Source: Candidatus Bathyarchaeota archaeon
GTDB taxonomy: Archaea > Thermoproteota > Bathyarchaeia > Bathyarchaeales > Bathycorpusculaceae
Direction of reading: 5' to 3'
Assembly (NCBI GenBank): GCA_963717465.1
Contig: OY970340.1
Span: 2,112,001-2,176,000, forward strand
DNA: 64,000 bases
Part shown: one piece after another, positions 1-9,731 of the stretch
Layout of the letters: each line of letters opens with the position of its first letter
Numbering within the stretch: position 1 is the first letter of the stretch
Translations under genes and position numbers: made by a program
Notes under the pieces: model-generated
Database searches by the model: none
What the model saw: the letters and a program-made list of their open reading frames with translations, nothing else
Told to the model about the DNA's origin: nothing

Positions 1-1
1 A

Positions 2-1868
2 GTTGGTGGCGGCAGTTTTAGTAGTTTCAATTATTTGGGCTGGGTCTCGGTGATAAATGCGTCTACGAACACGGTAGCGACAAACATAGTCGATCCTAAT
101 GAACCCAACAAGGTGGTCGTATCGCCCAACAACCAAAGCGTTTACGTTCTGAATGGCGATCCCGCTGGAGTCGCGGTGATAGATACTAATTCGAGCTCGC
201 CGACTTTCGACCAAGTGACGACCACAATAACACTCCCATATAATTATCCTGCTGATATAGCTATATCGTCCAACGGTGAATATGTCTATGTGTCAGGTGG
301 TGATGTGGTTACACAGATAAGCACATCTACCAACTCCATCGTGGAGTCAACTACGGACTTAACCAATTCGAACAATGACATTAGCGGTCTGGCTGTGACG
401 CCCAACGGTGAGTACGTCTATGTTGCAACTAGCGAGTCTGATATAGGGGTAGCTGTGATAAGCACTTCGACGATGACGCTGTCGACGACAATACTAGATC
501 CTCGTCCTGGTTTTCCGGGCGATTATGGTACACCTTATGGCGTGGCTATAACGCCCAGTGGCATTGCATACGTTGATAATTACTACGGTTCGGTGTTAGT
601 TATAGATACGGCTACGAACGAAGCGACGAGTTTAAACGAAACTGCAACAGGTATGTCTGATCCTACTGGTATGGCGATATCGCCCGACGGCAACTACGTC
701 TATTTTGCAACTAACGGTCCAGTCACTGTTATGAGCACCGCTACAAACACGGTGGTGGCGACAATAACCCCGCCAGGCATTACGTATCCTGATACTATTG
801 CTATAACACCCAACGGCGAATACTTCTATATCCCCGATTCAAACGGCGATGTGGTATATGCGATAAACACATATATAGCGCCAACTGTGTCTGTTTCGCC
901 TACATCGGCTACTTTGGATGTTGGGCATTCTCAACTGTTCACTGCTAATCCCAGCGGCGGTTCAGGCACTTTCTCATCTTATCAATGGTACGTAAATGGA
1001 ACCTCTCAGAGTGACCAGAATGCATCAACGTTCAGTTTTGCTCCTGCTTCCACAGGTTCTTACTCGATTACTGCAACGGTTAATGATAGTTCAGGCGCAA
1101 CTTCAGCTCAATCCAATGCTGCGTCGGTTACGGTGAATTCTGCTTTGGTTGCTCCCACGGTGACGCCTTCGCCGAGCACGGTTACTCAAGGTCAATATAA
1201 CAATTTGACTTCAACCGCGTTAATCACAGGCACTTCACCATATACATATCAATGGTTCAGTGAAGCACCTAGCGCATCCACTTACACGTTAATCAGCGAC
1301 GCGAATACGTCAAACTACAGCTTTGTAACCACAACCTCAACAACGGCAGGCACGTGGAACTTCATACTTCAAGCAACAGACAACACAGGCACGGCAGTAA
1401 ACTCAACTGCAACATCAGTAAATGTCAGCACGCTTGCAGCTACCGCTACTCCAACACCATCGCCAAGCCCAACAGCAACATCATCACCAACAGCAACAGC
1501 CACGCCGGTCAGCATCATCATTCACCATATCGCCTATTGATATGGTTGCAATCATAATTGTGATTGTTGCGGTTATTGTTTTGTTGCTTTTGTTGCTTTT
1601 GTTCATGGGTCGCCAAACTATTGACGCTTCAGCAGACAAAAATGGCACTATAACTCCGGATGGGAAAATACGCGTACGCCGCAATGCAAACAAAACCTTC
1701 GAAATCAAACCCAACGCGGGCTACCAGATATCCGATGTTCAAGTGGACGGAAAATCAGTTGAGGCCAAATCCACCTACACTTTCGAAAACGTCAAAGAAA
1801 ACCACACAATCTCAGCAACCTTCACAACAACGACAGAACAACCCGCTGGCAAAAACAAAAAAACTTAA
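2..1868 (+). CDS. YVTN-type beta-propeller surface protein with Ig/PKD-like domains, C-terminal TM helix and post-TM beta domain (5' truncated by window; frameshift near 1505)
   Basis: Frame is open from base 2 (VGGGSFSSFNYLGW, same as the paralog at 2181). Repeated 'vAiSPdG.yvYV' blades, YQWY Ig-like modules and a Pro/Thr linker. TM helix and tail continue in ORF 1422..1868. Confidence 0.8.
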
Positions 1869-2180
1869 CCACTTTTCCTTTTTTCATAGCACGTGCACGC
1901 TAATTGTTGAAGTCTTGTAACTCAATCTTTTCTTTCGTGTCTAAGATATTACGCTAAAAGTAAAACATCTATAAGCCTAGCTCAAAGATAACATTCAGCC
2001 ATTCGACACAGTAATTGATTGTAAAGTCTTTTATAGTTCCTCTATTCAAAAGATGAAACAACTGGGGATTATACGCATGTACAGGTTGCGGGGGAGGATG
2101 TTAGTAGTTTCTACAATTTTCGTTCTTTCTGCGAGCATGTCGTCGACATCAACGAAGGATTTGATTGGTGAGGTGAAAGA

Positions 2181-5100
2181 ATGAAGCATGGGACAACAAA
2201 GACTTTGAAAGTTAGCTGTATCTTCCTTGTATTCTTCTTGTTTAGTGCTATAGCATTTTTGCCTCAGCCAGTTCGAGCAGCCGGACCGACATTAATCAAC
2301 ACTGGTGGGGATGCTAGGGGTTGTGCAGCATCGCCCGACGGCAAATACGTCTATGTTGCAAATAATGGCGGCAGTTTTAGTAGTTTCAATTATTTGGGCT
2401 GGGTCTCGGTGATAGATACGTCTTCGAACACGGTGATAGCAAACATAGTTGATCCTAATGAACCTGCCCAGGTGGTTGTATCGCCTAACAACCAAAGCGT
2501 TTATGCTATGAATGGCGATCCCTCCGGGGTCTCGGTGATAGACACTGATCCAAACTCGCCGACTTTCGACCAAGTGACGACCACAATACCAATCACAAAT
2601 TCTCCCAGTGACATAGCTATATCGCCCGACGGTGAATATGTCTATGTTTCAGATGGATCTGAGGTTACAGAGATAAATGCATCTTCGAACACCATTGTAA
2701 ACACGATATCCGTAGTACTACCCACTGAGAACGGTAACGTTGTCGGATTGGCTGTAACGCCCAACGGCGAATATATCTATGCAGCATGTGGCATAACTGG
2801 CGGGTGCTACGTAAGGGCGATAAACATCGCTGACTGGTCGGTGACGACGAACATAACCGATAGTGACAGCCCTGAGGGGGTGACTATTACGCCAAGCGGC
2901 ATCGCCTACGTTGATAATTACTACGGTTCGGTGTTGGTGATAGACACCGCCACGAACGCGGTGACGACTTTATCCGCAGCTGCAACAGGTATGCCTGACC
3001 CTACTGGTATGGCGGTATCGCCCGACGGCGCATATGTCTATTTTGCAAATGCCGCTGGTGATCAGTTGACGCAGATGAGCACCGGTACGAACACAGTGAC
3101 GGCCACATATGCATTCGCTCACAGTGGTTTCTCTATTGGTATTGTTGCTTTAGCGAACGGTTACGCCTACGTTACAGATCCAGACAACACCGGAGTGTGG
3201 GTGATAAACGCACCAGAAGATTGGGTAATGTTCCGCTCAAATCCGATTCATACTGGTATAGGAATAGGTAATCCAGTGCTTAATGCAACGGTGCTCTGGA
3301 AAACCCAAACCGGCAGCATAGTTCGGTCGTCTCCTGCTGTTGTCGGTGGCGTAGTCTACATCGGCTCCGAGGACGGTAAAGTTTATGCTTTGAACGCCTC
3401 CACAGGCCTTATACTCTGGAGTTACCTCACCAACGCTGTACCTGACAGTGATGTTTATTCGTCTCCTGCTGTTGCAGGCGGCGTAGTCTACGTAGGCTCC
3501 GGTGATGGCGCCTTTTATGCTTTGAACGCTACCAACGGCCTTCAACTCTGGAACTATACTACAGACAATGGGTTTCTTTCGTCTCCTGCTGTTGTAGACA
3601 GCGTAGTCTACACCGGCGGCGGTTTAGACGTTTATGCTTTTGATGCAACAAACGGGACCATGCTCTGGAATTACCCCACTGGTGGCAGCGTTTATTCGTC
3701 TCCTGCTGTTGTCGGCGGCGTAGTTTACGTAGGATCTGAGAATGATCGTGTTTACGCTTTGAACGCAACAAACGGCGCTGTACTCTGGAGTTACCTTACC
3801 GGAGGCTGGGTTGATTCGTCTCCTGCTGTTGTCGGCGGCGCGGTCTATGTAGGATCCGATGATAACAACGTTTATGCTTTGAACGCTACCAACGGCTTCC
3901 AACTCTGGAATTACACCAGCTACAAGGTTGAGTCGTCTCCTGCTGTTGTAGACGGTGTGGTCTACATAGGCTCCGACGGTTTATATGGTGGTGCCGCTAA
4001 CGTTACCGCTTTAAACGCAACAGACGGAACTGTGCTCTGGAATTTCCCCACTGGCGCCAGCGTTGAGTCGTCTCCTGCTGTTGTGGGCGGCGTAGTCTAT
4101 GTAGGATCTGCCGACGATAACGTTTATGCTTTGAATGCTACAAACGGCGCAGAACTCTGGAATTACCCAACTGGCGACAATGTCTTGTCGTCTCCTGCTG
4201 TTGTCAACGGCACAGTCTACGTCGGCTCATGGGACTGGTACGTTTATGCTTTGGCTCCGAGTGCTCCAACTCCCACCGTTTCTATTTCGCCTACGTCGGC
4301 TACTTTGGATGTTGGGCAGTCTCAACTGTTCACTGCTAATCCCAGCGGCGGTTCAGGCACTTACTCATCTTATCAATGGTACGTAAATGGGTCTGCTCAG
4401 AGTGACCAGAATGCGTCAACGTTCAGTTTTGCTCCTGCTTTGGCAGATTCTTACTCGATTACTGCAACGGTTAATGATAGTTCAGGTGCTACATCAGCTC
4501 AATCCAATGCTGCGTCGGTTACGGTGAGTGCTTCGCCGACTGTTAGTGTCGCTCCTGCTGGTCCGTTTACTTTGGATATTGGGCAGTCTCAACTGTTTAC
4601 TGCTACTGCTTCTGGCGGTTCTGGTTCCATCTCTTATCAATGGTACTTGGATGGCGCTACCGTAGGTTCTAACAGTGCAAGCTATTCTTACACCGCTGCG
4701 TCGGGTTCACATTCGGTTACTTGTAACGTAACTGATAGCGCTACTACTCCAGTTACCTCTCCTACTTCTAACGCTGTTTCAATCACGGTGAATTCTGCTT
4801 TGGTTGCTCCCACAGTTTCTCCCTCGCTCAGTGCAGTTAATCAGAGCCAGACCTCGATTTTAACGCCCTCCACTGTAACATCGGGCACTTCACCATACAC
4901 TTACCGATGGTATGAGAAGGCGCCAGGCGCTTCCTCTTTTTCATTAATTAACGGTGCCGACTTAGGAAATTACTCGTTTGCACCTTCCAGTTCTACTGCA
5001 ACGGGAAACTGGTCATTTATAGTTCAAGTAACCGACAATGCAGGTTCAGCAGTGAACTCTACTGCCACAACAGTTGCTGTCAACACTTCTACGTCAACTA

Positions 5101-5426
5101 CTCCAGCATCTGGACTCTCATCTTGGGTAATTGGCCTGATAATCGCTATCGTCGTGATAGTGGTGGTGCTACTAATCCTGTTCATGTGGTTTAGACGCGG
5201 CAAAAAGAAGATAATCGCCTCAGCAGATGACAAAGGTACAATTAGCCCCAAGGGAACAGTCACGGTTAAACGTGGAGCAGACCAGACGTTTACTATTAAG
5301 GCTAACCCGCACTACCAAATATCTGATGTCCAAGTAGACGGCAAATCAGTCGGAGCCAAAACCGAATACACCTTCAACAAAGTAAAAGAAGACCACACAA
5401 TCACTGCAGTCTTCAAGCCTGAATAG
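2181..5426 (+). CDS. Surface protein: signal peptide, YVTN propeller, PQQ-like propeller, Ig/PKD-like domains, TM helix, post-TM beta domain
   Basis: GGTGAGGTGA RBS. Signal peptide ending PVRA. Eight SSPAVxxGxVYxG...YALNA repeats. Hydrophobic IGLIIAIVVIVVVLLILF followed by RRGKKK. Confidence 0.9.
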   Translation: MKHGTTKTLKVSCIFLVFFLFSAIAFLPQPVRAAGPTLINTGGDARGCAASPDGKYVYVANNGGSFSSFNYLGWVSVIDTSSNTVIANIVDPNEPAQVVVSPNNQSVYAMNGDPSGVSVIDTDPNSPTFDQVTTTIPITNSPSDIAISPDGEYVYVSDGSEVTEINASSNTIVNTISVVLPTENGNVVGLAVTPNGEYIYAACGITGGCYVRAINIADWSVTTNITDSDSPEGVTITPSGIAYVDNYYGSVLVIDTATNAVTTLSAAATGMPDPTGMAVSPDGAYVYFANAAGDQLTQMSTGTNTVTATYAFAHSGFSIGIVALANGYAYVTDPDNTGVWVINAPEDWVMFRSNPIHTGIGIGNPVLNATVLWKTQTGSIVRSSPAVVGGVVYIGSEDGKVYALNASTGLILWSYLTNAVPDSDVYSSPAVAGGVVYVGSGDGAFYALNATNGLQLWNYTTDNGFLSSPAVVDSVVYTGGGLDVYAFDATNGTMLWNYPTGGSVYSSPAVVGGVVYVGSENDRVYALNATNGAVLWSYLTGGWVDSSPAVVGGAVYVGSDDNNVYALNATNGFQLWNYTSYKVESSPAVVDGVVYIGSDGLYGGAANVTALNATDGTVLWNFPTGASVESSPAVVGGVVYVGSADDNVYALNATNGAELWNYPTGDNVLSSPAVVNGTVYVGSWDWYVYALAPSAPTPTVSISPTSATLDVGQSQLFTANPSGGSGTYSSYQWYVNGSAQSDQNASTFSFAPALADSYSITATVNDSSGATSAQSNAASVTVSASPTVSVAPAGPFTLDIGQSQLFTATASGGSGSISYQWYLDGATVGSNSASYSYTAASGSHSVTCNVTDSATTPVTSPTSNAVSITVNSALVAPTVSPSLSAVNQSQTSILTPSTVTSGTSPYTYRWYEKAPGASSFSLINGADLGNYSFAPSSSTATGNWSFIVQVTDNAGSAVNSTATTVAVNTSTSTTPASGLSSWVIGLIIAIVVIVVVLLILFMWFRRGKKKIIASADDKGTISPKGTVTVKRGADQTFTIKANPHYQISDVQVDGKSVGAKTEYTFNKVKEDHTITAVFKPE
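3320..4255 (+). repeat. Eight coding repeats of about 120 bp (PQQ-like blades) with core TCGTCTCCTGCTGTTG
   Basis: Core recurs in frame within CDS 2181..5426. Confidence 0.85.
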
Positions 5427-5817
5427 TAGACCGCGCTGCTGCATAGAATATAATGGTGGGCAACAGCCCTCCACTAACCTGACATATGCGTTTTAATCTA
5501 TTTGCCGTATGCAAAGTTGAAGAACAGCATTTGTTGAGAACGCCTTTATTTTGTGTGCAAGGGAGTGTTCCTTCCTTAACCAGTCGTGCGCTGAACGGAA
5601 AAAGTGAACCTGTGGCGCGCCCTAAGGAGTAGATCTCCCAAAAGAGGTTCAGGGTTGCGGTCGCGAGGACTCGAGTGCATTACAAGCGGCAGGGAAAAGA
5701 GACTTCAGAGATTCACGTTGTAGAAAAGATGATAACAGAGACATTACAGTCAGAGCGATTTTTCGAGTTTTCGACGAATAAACTTGTTTGTCTGAAAATA
5801 AAAGAAAAGCGTGCGTC

Positions 5818-6192
5818 TCACAATTTATGCTTGAGGCTTTTTTCAGCCATCTTTTCCAAGACAGCAATATCTTCTTGTGAAAGCTCTGCAATATGCAGCT
5901 TTATGAGGGCTATTCTCTTCCTATATTCTATTCTTCCACGTGCGGTCACATGGTATTTTTTTGTTCCACTTGGTTCTGCTTTAACAGCTATCTCTTTTCT
6001 CCTTTCTAACGCATTTAGATTCTCTTCGAGAACAGCTTTGCCCCCGACGTATCCACTTGCTTTGATTTTCTTTAGAAGCTCATTAAAAGTTAATGCTGTA
6101 TCACTTTTCTCAGGAAGATTCTTTACGATAATGTTAAATCTATGTCCAGTTCTTTGCTTTGCCTCATTGGCTACTTTCCAATCTTCACACAT
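5818..6192 (-). CDS. Putative winged-helix DNA-binding protein
   Basis: LTFNEL...LEENLNALERRKEI...KKYHVTARG resembles a PadR/MarR-type wHTH. Confidence 0.55.
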   Translation of the reverse strand: MCEDWKVANEAKQRTGHRFNIIVKNLPEKSDTALTFNELLKKIKASGYVGGKAVLEENLNALERRKEIAVKAEPSGTKKYHVTARGRIEYRKRIALIKLHIAELSQEDIAVLEKMAEKSLKHKL

Positions 6193-6490
6193 AATCGATA
6201 ACTCCTAAATTCAAAACAATTTCTCAACTATATAAAATTTAGCTAACGCAGGATTGGCCTTCAAAGGCATTCGCAGATAATGGATGTTCTTGAAAAGTTT
6301 GAAATAATACTTATAGCGTGCAAGTTTTTGCAACTCTTAAACTCTTGTAATTTTTCTTGGTTAGTTTTTCTCTTTTGCAACTCCCTCTAAAATATAAGGA
6401 AATGCAAAGAATTACATAGTTAAGAATGTAGGTTGAATTTTTACATGATAGAAATTTTGAGGTTAGAGTTCAGGGATAGAGACTTAGCAG

Positions 6491-6961
6491 GTGGTTCTCT
6501 TGATACGTAAGGTATTAGTAGCTACTGATTTTTCTGAAAACGCTAATAGAGCGTTAGATTTTGCTGCTGATATAGCAGAAGAATTAGGTGCCTCAGTAAC
6601 AGTCGTAAATGTCATTCAATATGTACCTGGAATTATTGCAGCTGCTGGAGTTGATACGGGCGGGTGTGGGTCAGAAGCGGGAATTACTATTCCAGAAAAC
6701 TATTTTGTTGAAATGAGGAAAATGAGTGAACAAGCAATGGCCAAGGTCGTTAATAAGATTCGGGACAATAAACCTAATTTGACTATTTCGCCGATAATAA
6801 AATCAGGGCATCCAGTGAATGAAATAATTGCCATGGCAGAAGATTTTGACGTCATAGTAATTGGTCATAGCGGTCAAGATAGTTTTCGTGAAGCCTTTAT
6901 GGGTGTCAATAGCGAAAGAATTGTTAATATCGTAAAACGCCCCGTCTTAGTTATTCCATAA
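6491..6961 (+). CDS. Universal stress protein (UspA family)
   Basis: KVLVATDFSENA...VIVIGHSG...MGVNSERIV...PVLVIP. Confidence 0.92.
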   Translation: MVLLIRKVLVATDFSENANRALDFAADIAEELGASVTVVNVIQYVPGIIAAAGVDTGGCGSEAGITIPENYFVEMRKMSEQAMAKVVNKIRDNKPNLTISPIIKSGHPVNEIIAMAEDFDVIVIGHSGQDSFREAFMGVNSERIVNIVKRPVLVIP

Positions 6962-7057
6962 GCGTGCGCTTAACTGCACAACCAAAGTCAACCTGTTTTT
7001 ATAAGTAGATATTTAAACTTCAATAAGGAGTAATGTAAAATAAATGGAGGCTTAACG

Positions 7058-8599
7058 TTGGTCGAAACACCAAACAATTCTCTTATAGCTTACAATCTTT
7101 TAGATAAAAAGATTATCAAGTCGGGTCTTTGCACGGCTTGTGGCGCGTGTGCGGCTGTTTGTCCCACCGACGCATTGCAGATTGAGGGTGAAAAAGTAAA
7201 GCGTGTACGTGATTGTTCAAAAGATTTGGATCTTTGTCCCATATGCTATGAAATCTGTCCTCACTCAGACCGGCTTCTTCTTAGAAGTTTACGTGCGGTT
7301 TCGGATGCACCAACCAGAAGTGAAGCGCTAGGATACTATAGGAAAATGCTCATCGCGCAGGCTGCTGACAAAAGGTTAAGAGAACAGAGCAGAGGAGCTG
7401 CTGTTGTTACTGCATTGTTGAAGTTCGGAATTGAGGAGAAAATTTTTGATAGTGCCATAGTTTGTGAAGGTGAAGCAGAGAACCCGTCCAAACCAAAGCC
7501 TTCGGTCGCTATAGTACCAGACGATATTTTATCTGCGACCGGCTCAAAGTTCTTTCCTTCAGCAGTTGCACAGGCGTTCGGAAGCGCCGTTACGGGATAT
7601 GGTAAATCAAATATTGCCTTTGTCGGCGTTCCTTGCCATGTACTGGCACTTCGCAAGATGGAAGCATGGCAACACAAATTCCATGCAAGTTTGAAAATGA
7701 CCATAGGACTCTTTTGCTTTGGCTCCTTTTCACTAACCCCATTACTGGAGCATATAACAAAGACTTACAAAATCAAACCTAACCAAATTAAGTCTATGCA
7801 TCTTTCAAAAGAATTCGTCGTAGAAACTGTGAAAGGCGAGATAAGAATACCTATGGAAGAAATCGAACAGCACATACTTCAAAGTTGTCGGACCTGTGTC
7901 GATTTTGCATCCGAACTAGCTGACATTTCTGTAGGGAGCGCATATCCAATGACGGATTGGTCCACAGTTATCATCAGAACCCAAGCAGGAGAAGACTTCT
8001 TCTACAATGCTGTAGAAAAAAACGTCATCAACACGTGGGCAATAGAAGGCGAACCCAAAGTATTCGAGCGTGTAGTCAGGGCTGCATTGACAAAGAGAAA
8101 GAACGCTCTCAAAGAAGTTAGCAAATGGGAGAAAACCCATGACTTCCTACCCGTAAGGTTGTTAAGGGAATCAGATTCATTAAACTATGTTAAAGTTAAA
8201 GACATAATGAAACCCAATCCAAAAACCGTCTTATCCACAATGCGAGTGAGTGAACTTCTAGAATTGATGGCAAAACATCAATTTACTGGTTATCCTGTAA
8301 CAGATGAAAAAGGCGAACTTGTAGGCATTGTGACCATGGAAGAAGCATCAAGAGTGGATAAGAAGAAGAGGACTGAAACTCTCGTTAGCGATATAGCCAG
8401 GAAAAACTATAATGTTGTCTACCCCGAGGAAACAGCGCTCCAAGCACTAAAGAAAATGAGCAAGCAGGAAACCGGCAGAGTAATAGTCCTTGATCCATCT
8501 GATCCTAAAAAAATGAAAAAAATGATAGGAATAGTCACTAAAGCTGACCTAATGCACGCGTTGGTGCAATCCAGTTTGTCTCAGGAAGACGAAAGTTAA
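7058..8599 (+). CDS. Coenzyme F420 hydrogenase/dehydrogenase beta-subunit (FrhB family) protein with N-terminal ferredoxin and C-terminal CBS pair
   Basis: CTACGACAAVCP, VGVPCH, IGLFC, CRTCVDF..ADISVG; then VKDIM...YPVTD...GIVT CBS motifs. Confidence 0.85.
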   Translation: MVETPNNSLIAYNLLDKKIIKSGLCTACGACAAVCPTDALQIEGEKVKRVRDCSKDLDLCPICYEICPHSDRLLLRSLRAVSDAPTRSEALGYYRKMLIAQAADKRLREQSRGAAVVTALLKFGIEEKIFDSAIVCEGEAENPSKPKPSVAIVPDDILSATGSKFFPSAVAQAFGSAVTGYGKSNIAFVGVPCHVLALRKMEAWQHKFHASLKMTIGLFCFGSFSLTPLLEHITKTYKIKPNQIKSMHLSKEFVVETVKGEIRIPMEEIEQHILQSCRTCVDFASELADISVGSAYPMTDWSTVIIRTQAGEDFFYNAVEKNVINTWAIEGEPKVFERVVRAALTKRKNALKEVSKWEKTHDFLPVRLLRESDSLNYVKVKDIMKPNPKTVLSTMRVSELLELMAKHQFTGYPVTDEKGELVGIVTMEEASRVDKKKRTETLVSDIARKNYNVVYPEETALQALKKMSKQETGRVIVLDPSDPKKMKKMIGIVTKADLMHALVQSSLSQEDES

Positions 8600-8766
8600 C
8601 TGCGGCAAGAGCATCAAAATCTGAATCTCTCAATTAAAAAGCGTAATACTGCTGTCTGGGAAAAATTTAACGGGAAATCTATTCCTCCTTTTTATTAGAA
8701 CTATACTTGCCCAAAAGTAAATTCCATTGGAGCATTTGCACTATTACCCTATTCAACAATTATTGA

Positions 8767-8892
8767 GCTTTGCCTGATTGGACCAACTACATAATTGCTG
8801 CATTTGTAGCCATAGTTGTTGTGCTCGGAGTTGTAGTAATTATCTTTAGAAGAAAGAAAAGTAAACCCGAAAATAGCGTAACAACGCCTTAA
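8767..8892 (+). pseudogene. Orphan membrane-anchor fragment or 40-aa single-TM microprotein
   Basis: Translates ALPDWTNYIIAAFVAIVVVLGVVVIIFRRKKSKPENSVTTP*, with an in-frame stop directly upstream. Not in the ORF track. Confidence 0.5.
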
Positions 8893-8930
8893 CTATCTTC
8901 TTTTTCTTAGGCAAAACAATGATTCGTTTT

Positions 8931-9527
8931 TCAGGGACATGAAGTCTTATCGCCTTTTTTCAAGTTATCGATAACACCTATAGTCCTAACCATCATTTTT
9001 CCTAAGTGCCTTGCGGAGTCCATACCTTCTTGATCTTTAGCAACTGCCCCTTTCTCTGCTCCAATGGCGTAAACTCTTCCACCGCTAGGAATAATCATTC
9101 CAACACCGGTCATGAACATGATCATCTGATGACAAGTGCTCGAAAGTCCAGATCGTCGAGCAACAGCAATTACCCCACCAACCTTCTCCACGAAATCTTT
9201 CTTTCCCCTAGCCAACGCCAAAAAACCTATCCTATCAATAAAAGTCTTCATTTGAGCAGTGACCCCTTGCATATAAGAAGGACTACCCATTATAATTCCG
9301 TCAGCCTTCACTATTTCCTGGTAAAGTTTCTCAACATCATCATCAATAACACATTTCTTAGATACAATGCACGCCATACAACCGTTACACGGCTGAAGAC
9401 GAAAATCAGAAATCCTGATTAAATCCACTTCTGCACCTTCAACTTTAGCCGCCGCCAAAGCCTCTTGAAGAATCAAATCCGTGTTGCCGCCACGCCTAGG
9501 ACTACCGCTTATTCCAACAATGCGCAT
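8931..9527 (-). CDS. Iron-sulfur flavoprotein / flavodoxin (NADPH-dependent FMN reductase) family protein
   Basis: GSPRRGGNT, CNGCMAC....C, GSPSY. Confidence 0.9.
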   Translation of the reverse strand: MRIVGISGSPRRGGNTDLILQEALAAAKVEGAEVDLIRISDFRLQPCNGCMACIVSKKCVIDDDVEKLYQEIVKADGIIMGSPSYMQGVTAQMKTFIDRIGFLALARGKKDFVEKVGGVIAVARRSGLSSTCHQMIMFMTGVGMIIPSGGRVYAIGAEKGAVAKDQEGMDSARHLGKMMVRTIGVIDNLKKGDKTSCP

Positions 9528-9731
9528 ATTTCAAGCCTCAAAAGCATTCCCATGACGCATCATATTAACTGATTGGTCTGGCAATGAAGATAATGAAAAA
9601 ATAGTTATCCAGTTTGTAAGCTATCTAATCGAAAATCCACTGATAGACTACAGTTTTATCTTTATGAACAATAGACTTAATTTTTCGTAGACGTTTAGTC
9701 TTATTTAGGATTCAAGGTTTGCTGGGTTTTT

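Noticed and set aside
3320..4255. Regularly spaced TCGTCTCCTGCTGTTG repeats as a CRISPR array
   Set aside because: They are in-frame PQQ blade repeats with related spacers and a period of about 120 bp; there are no cas genes.
5675..6208. 177-aa + strand ORF and other overlapping antisense ORFs in the track
   Set aside because: They are shadows of better-supported genes on the opposite strand or frame.
9530..9731. Cobalamin riboswitch upstream of nrdJ
   Set aside because: The region is AT-rich, with no B12-box or GCCACTG/GGGAAG consensus visible.
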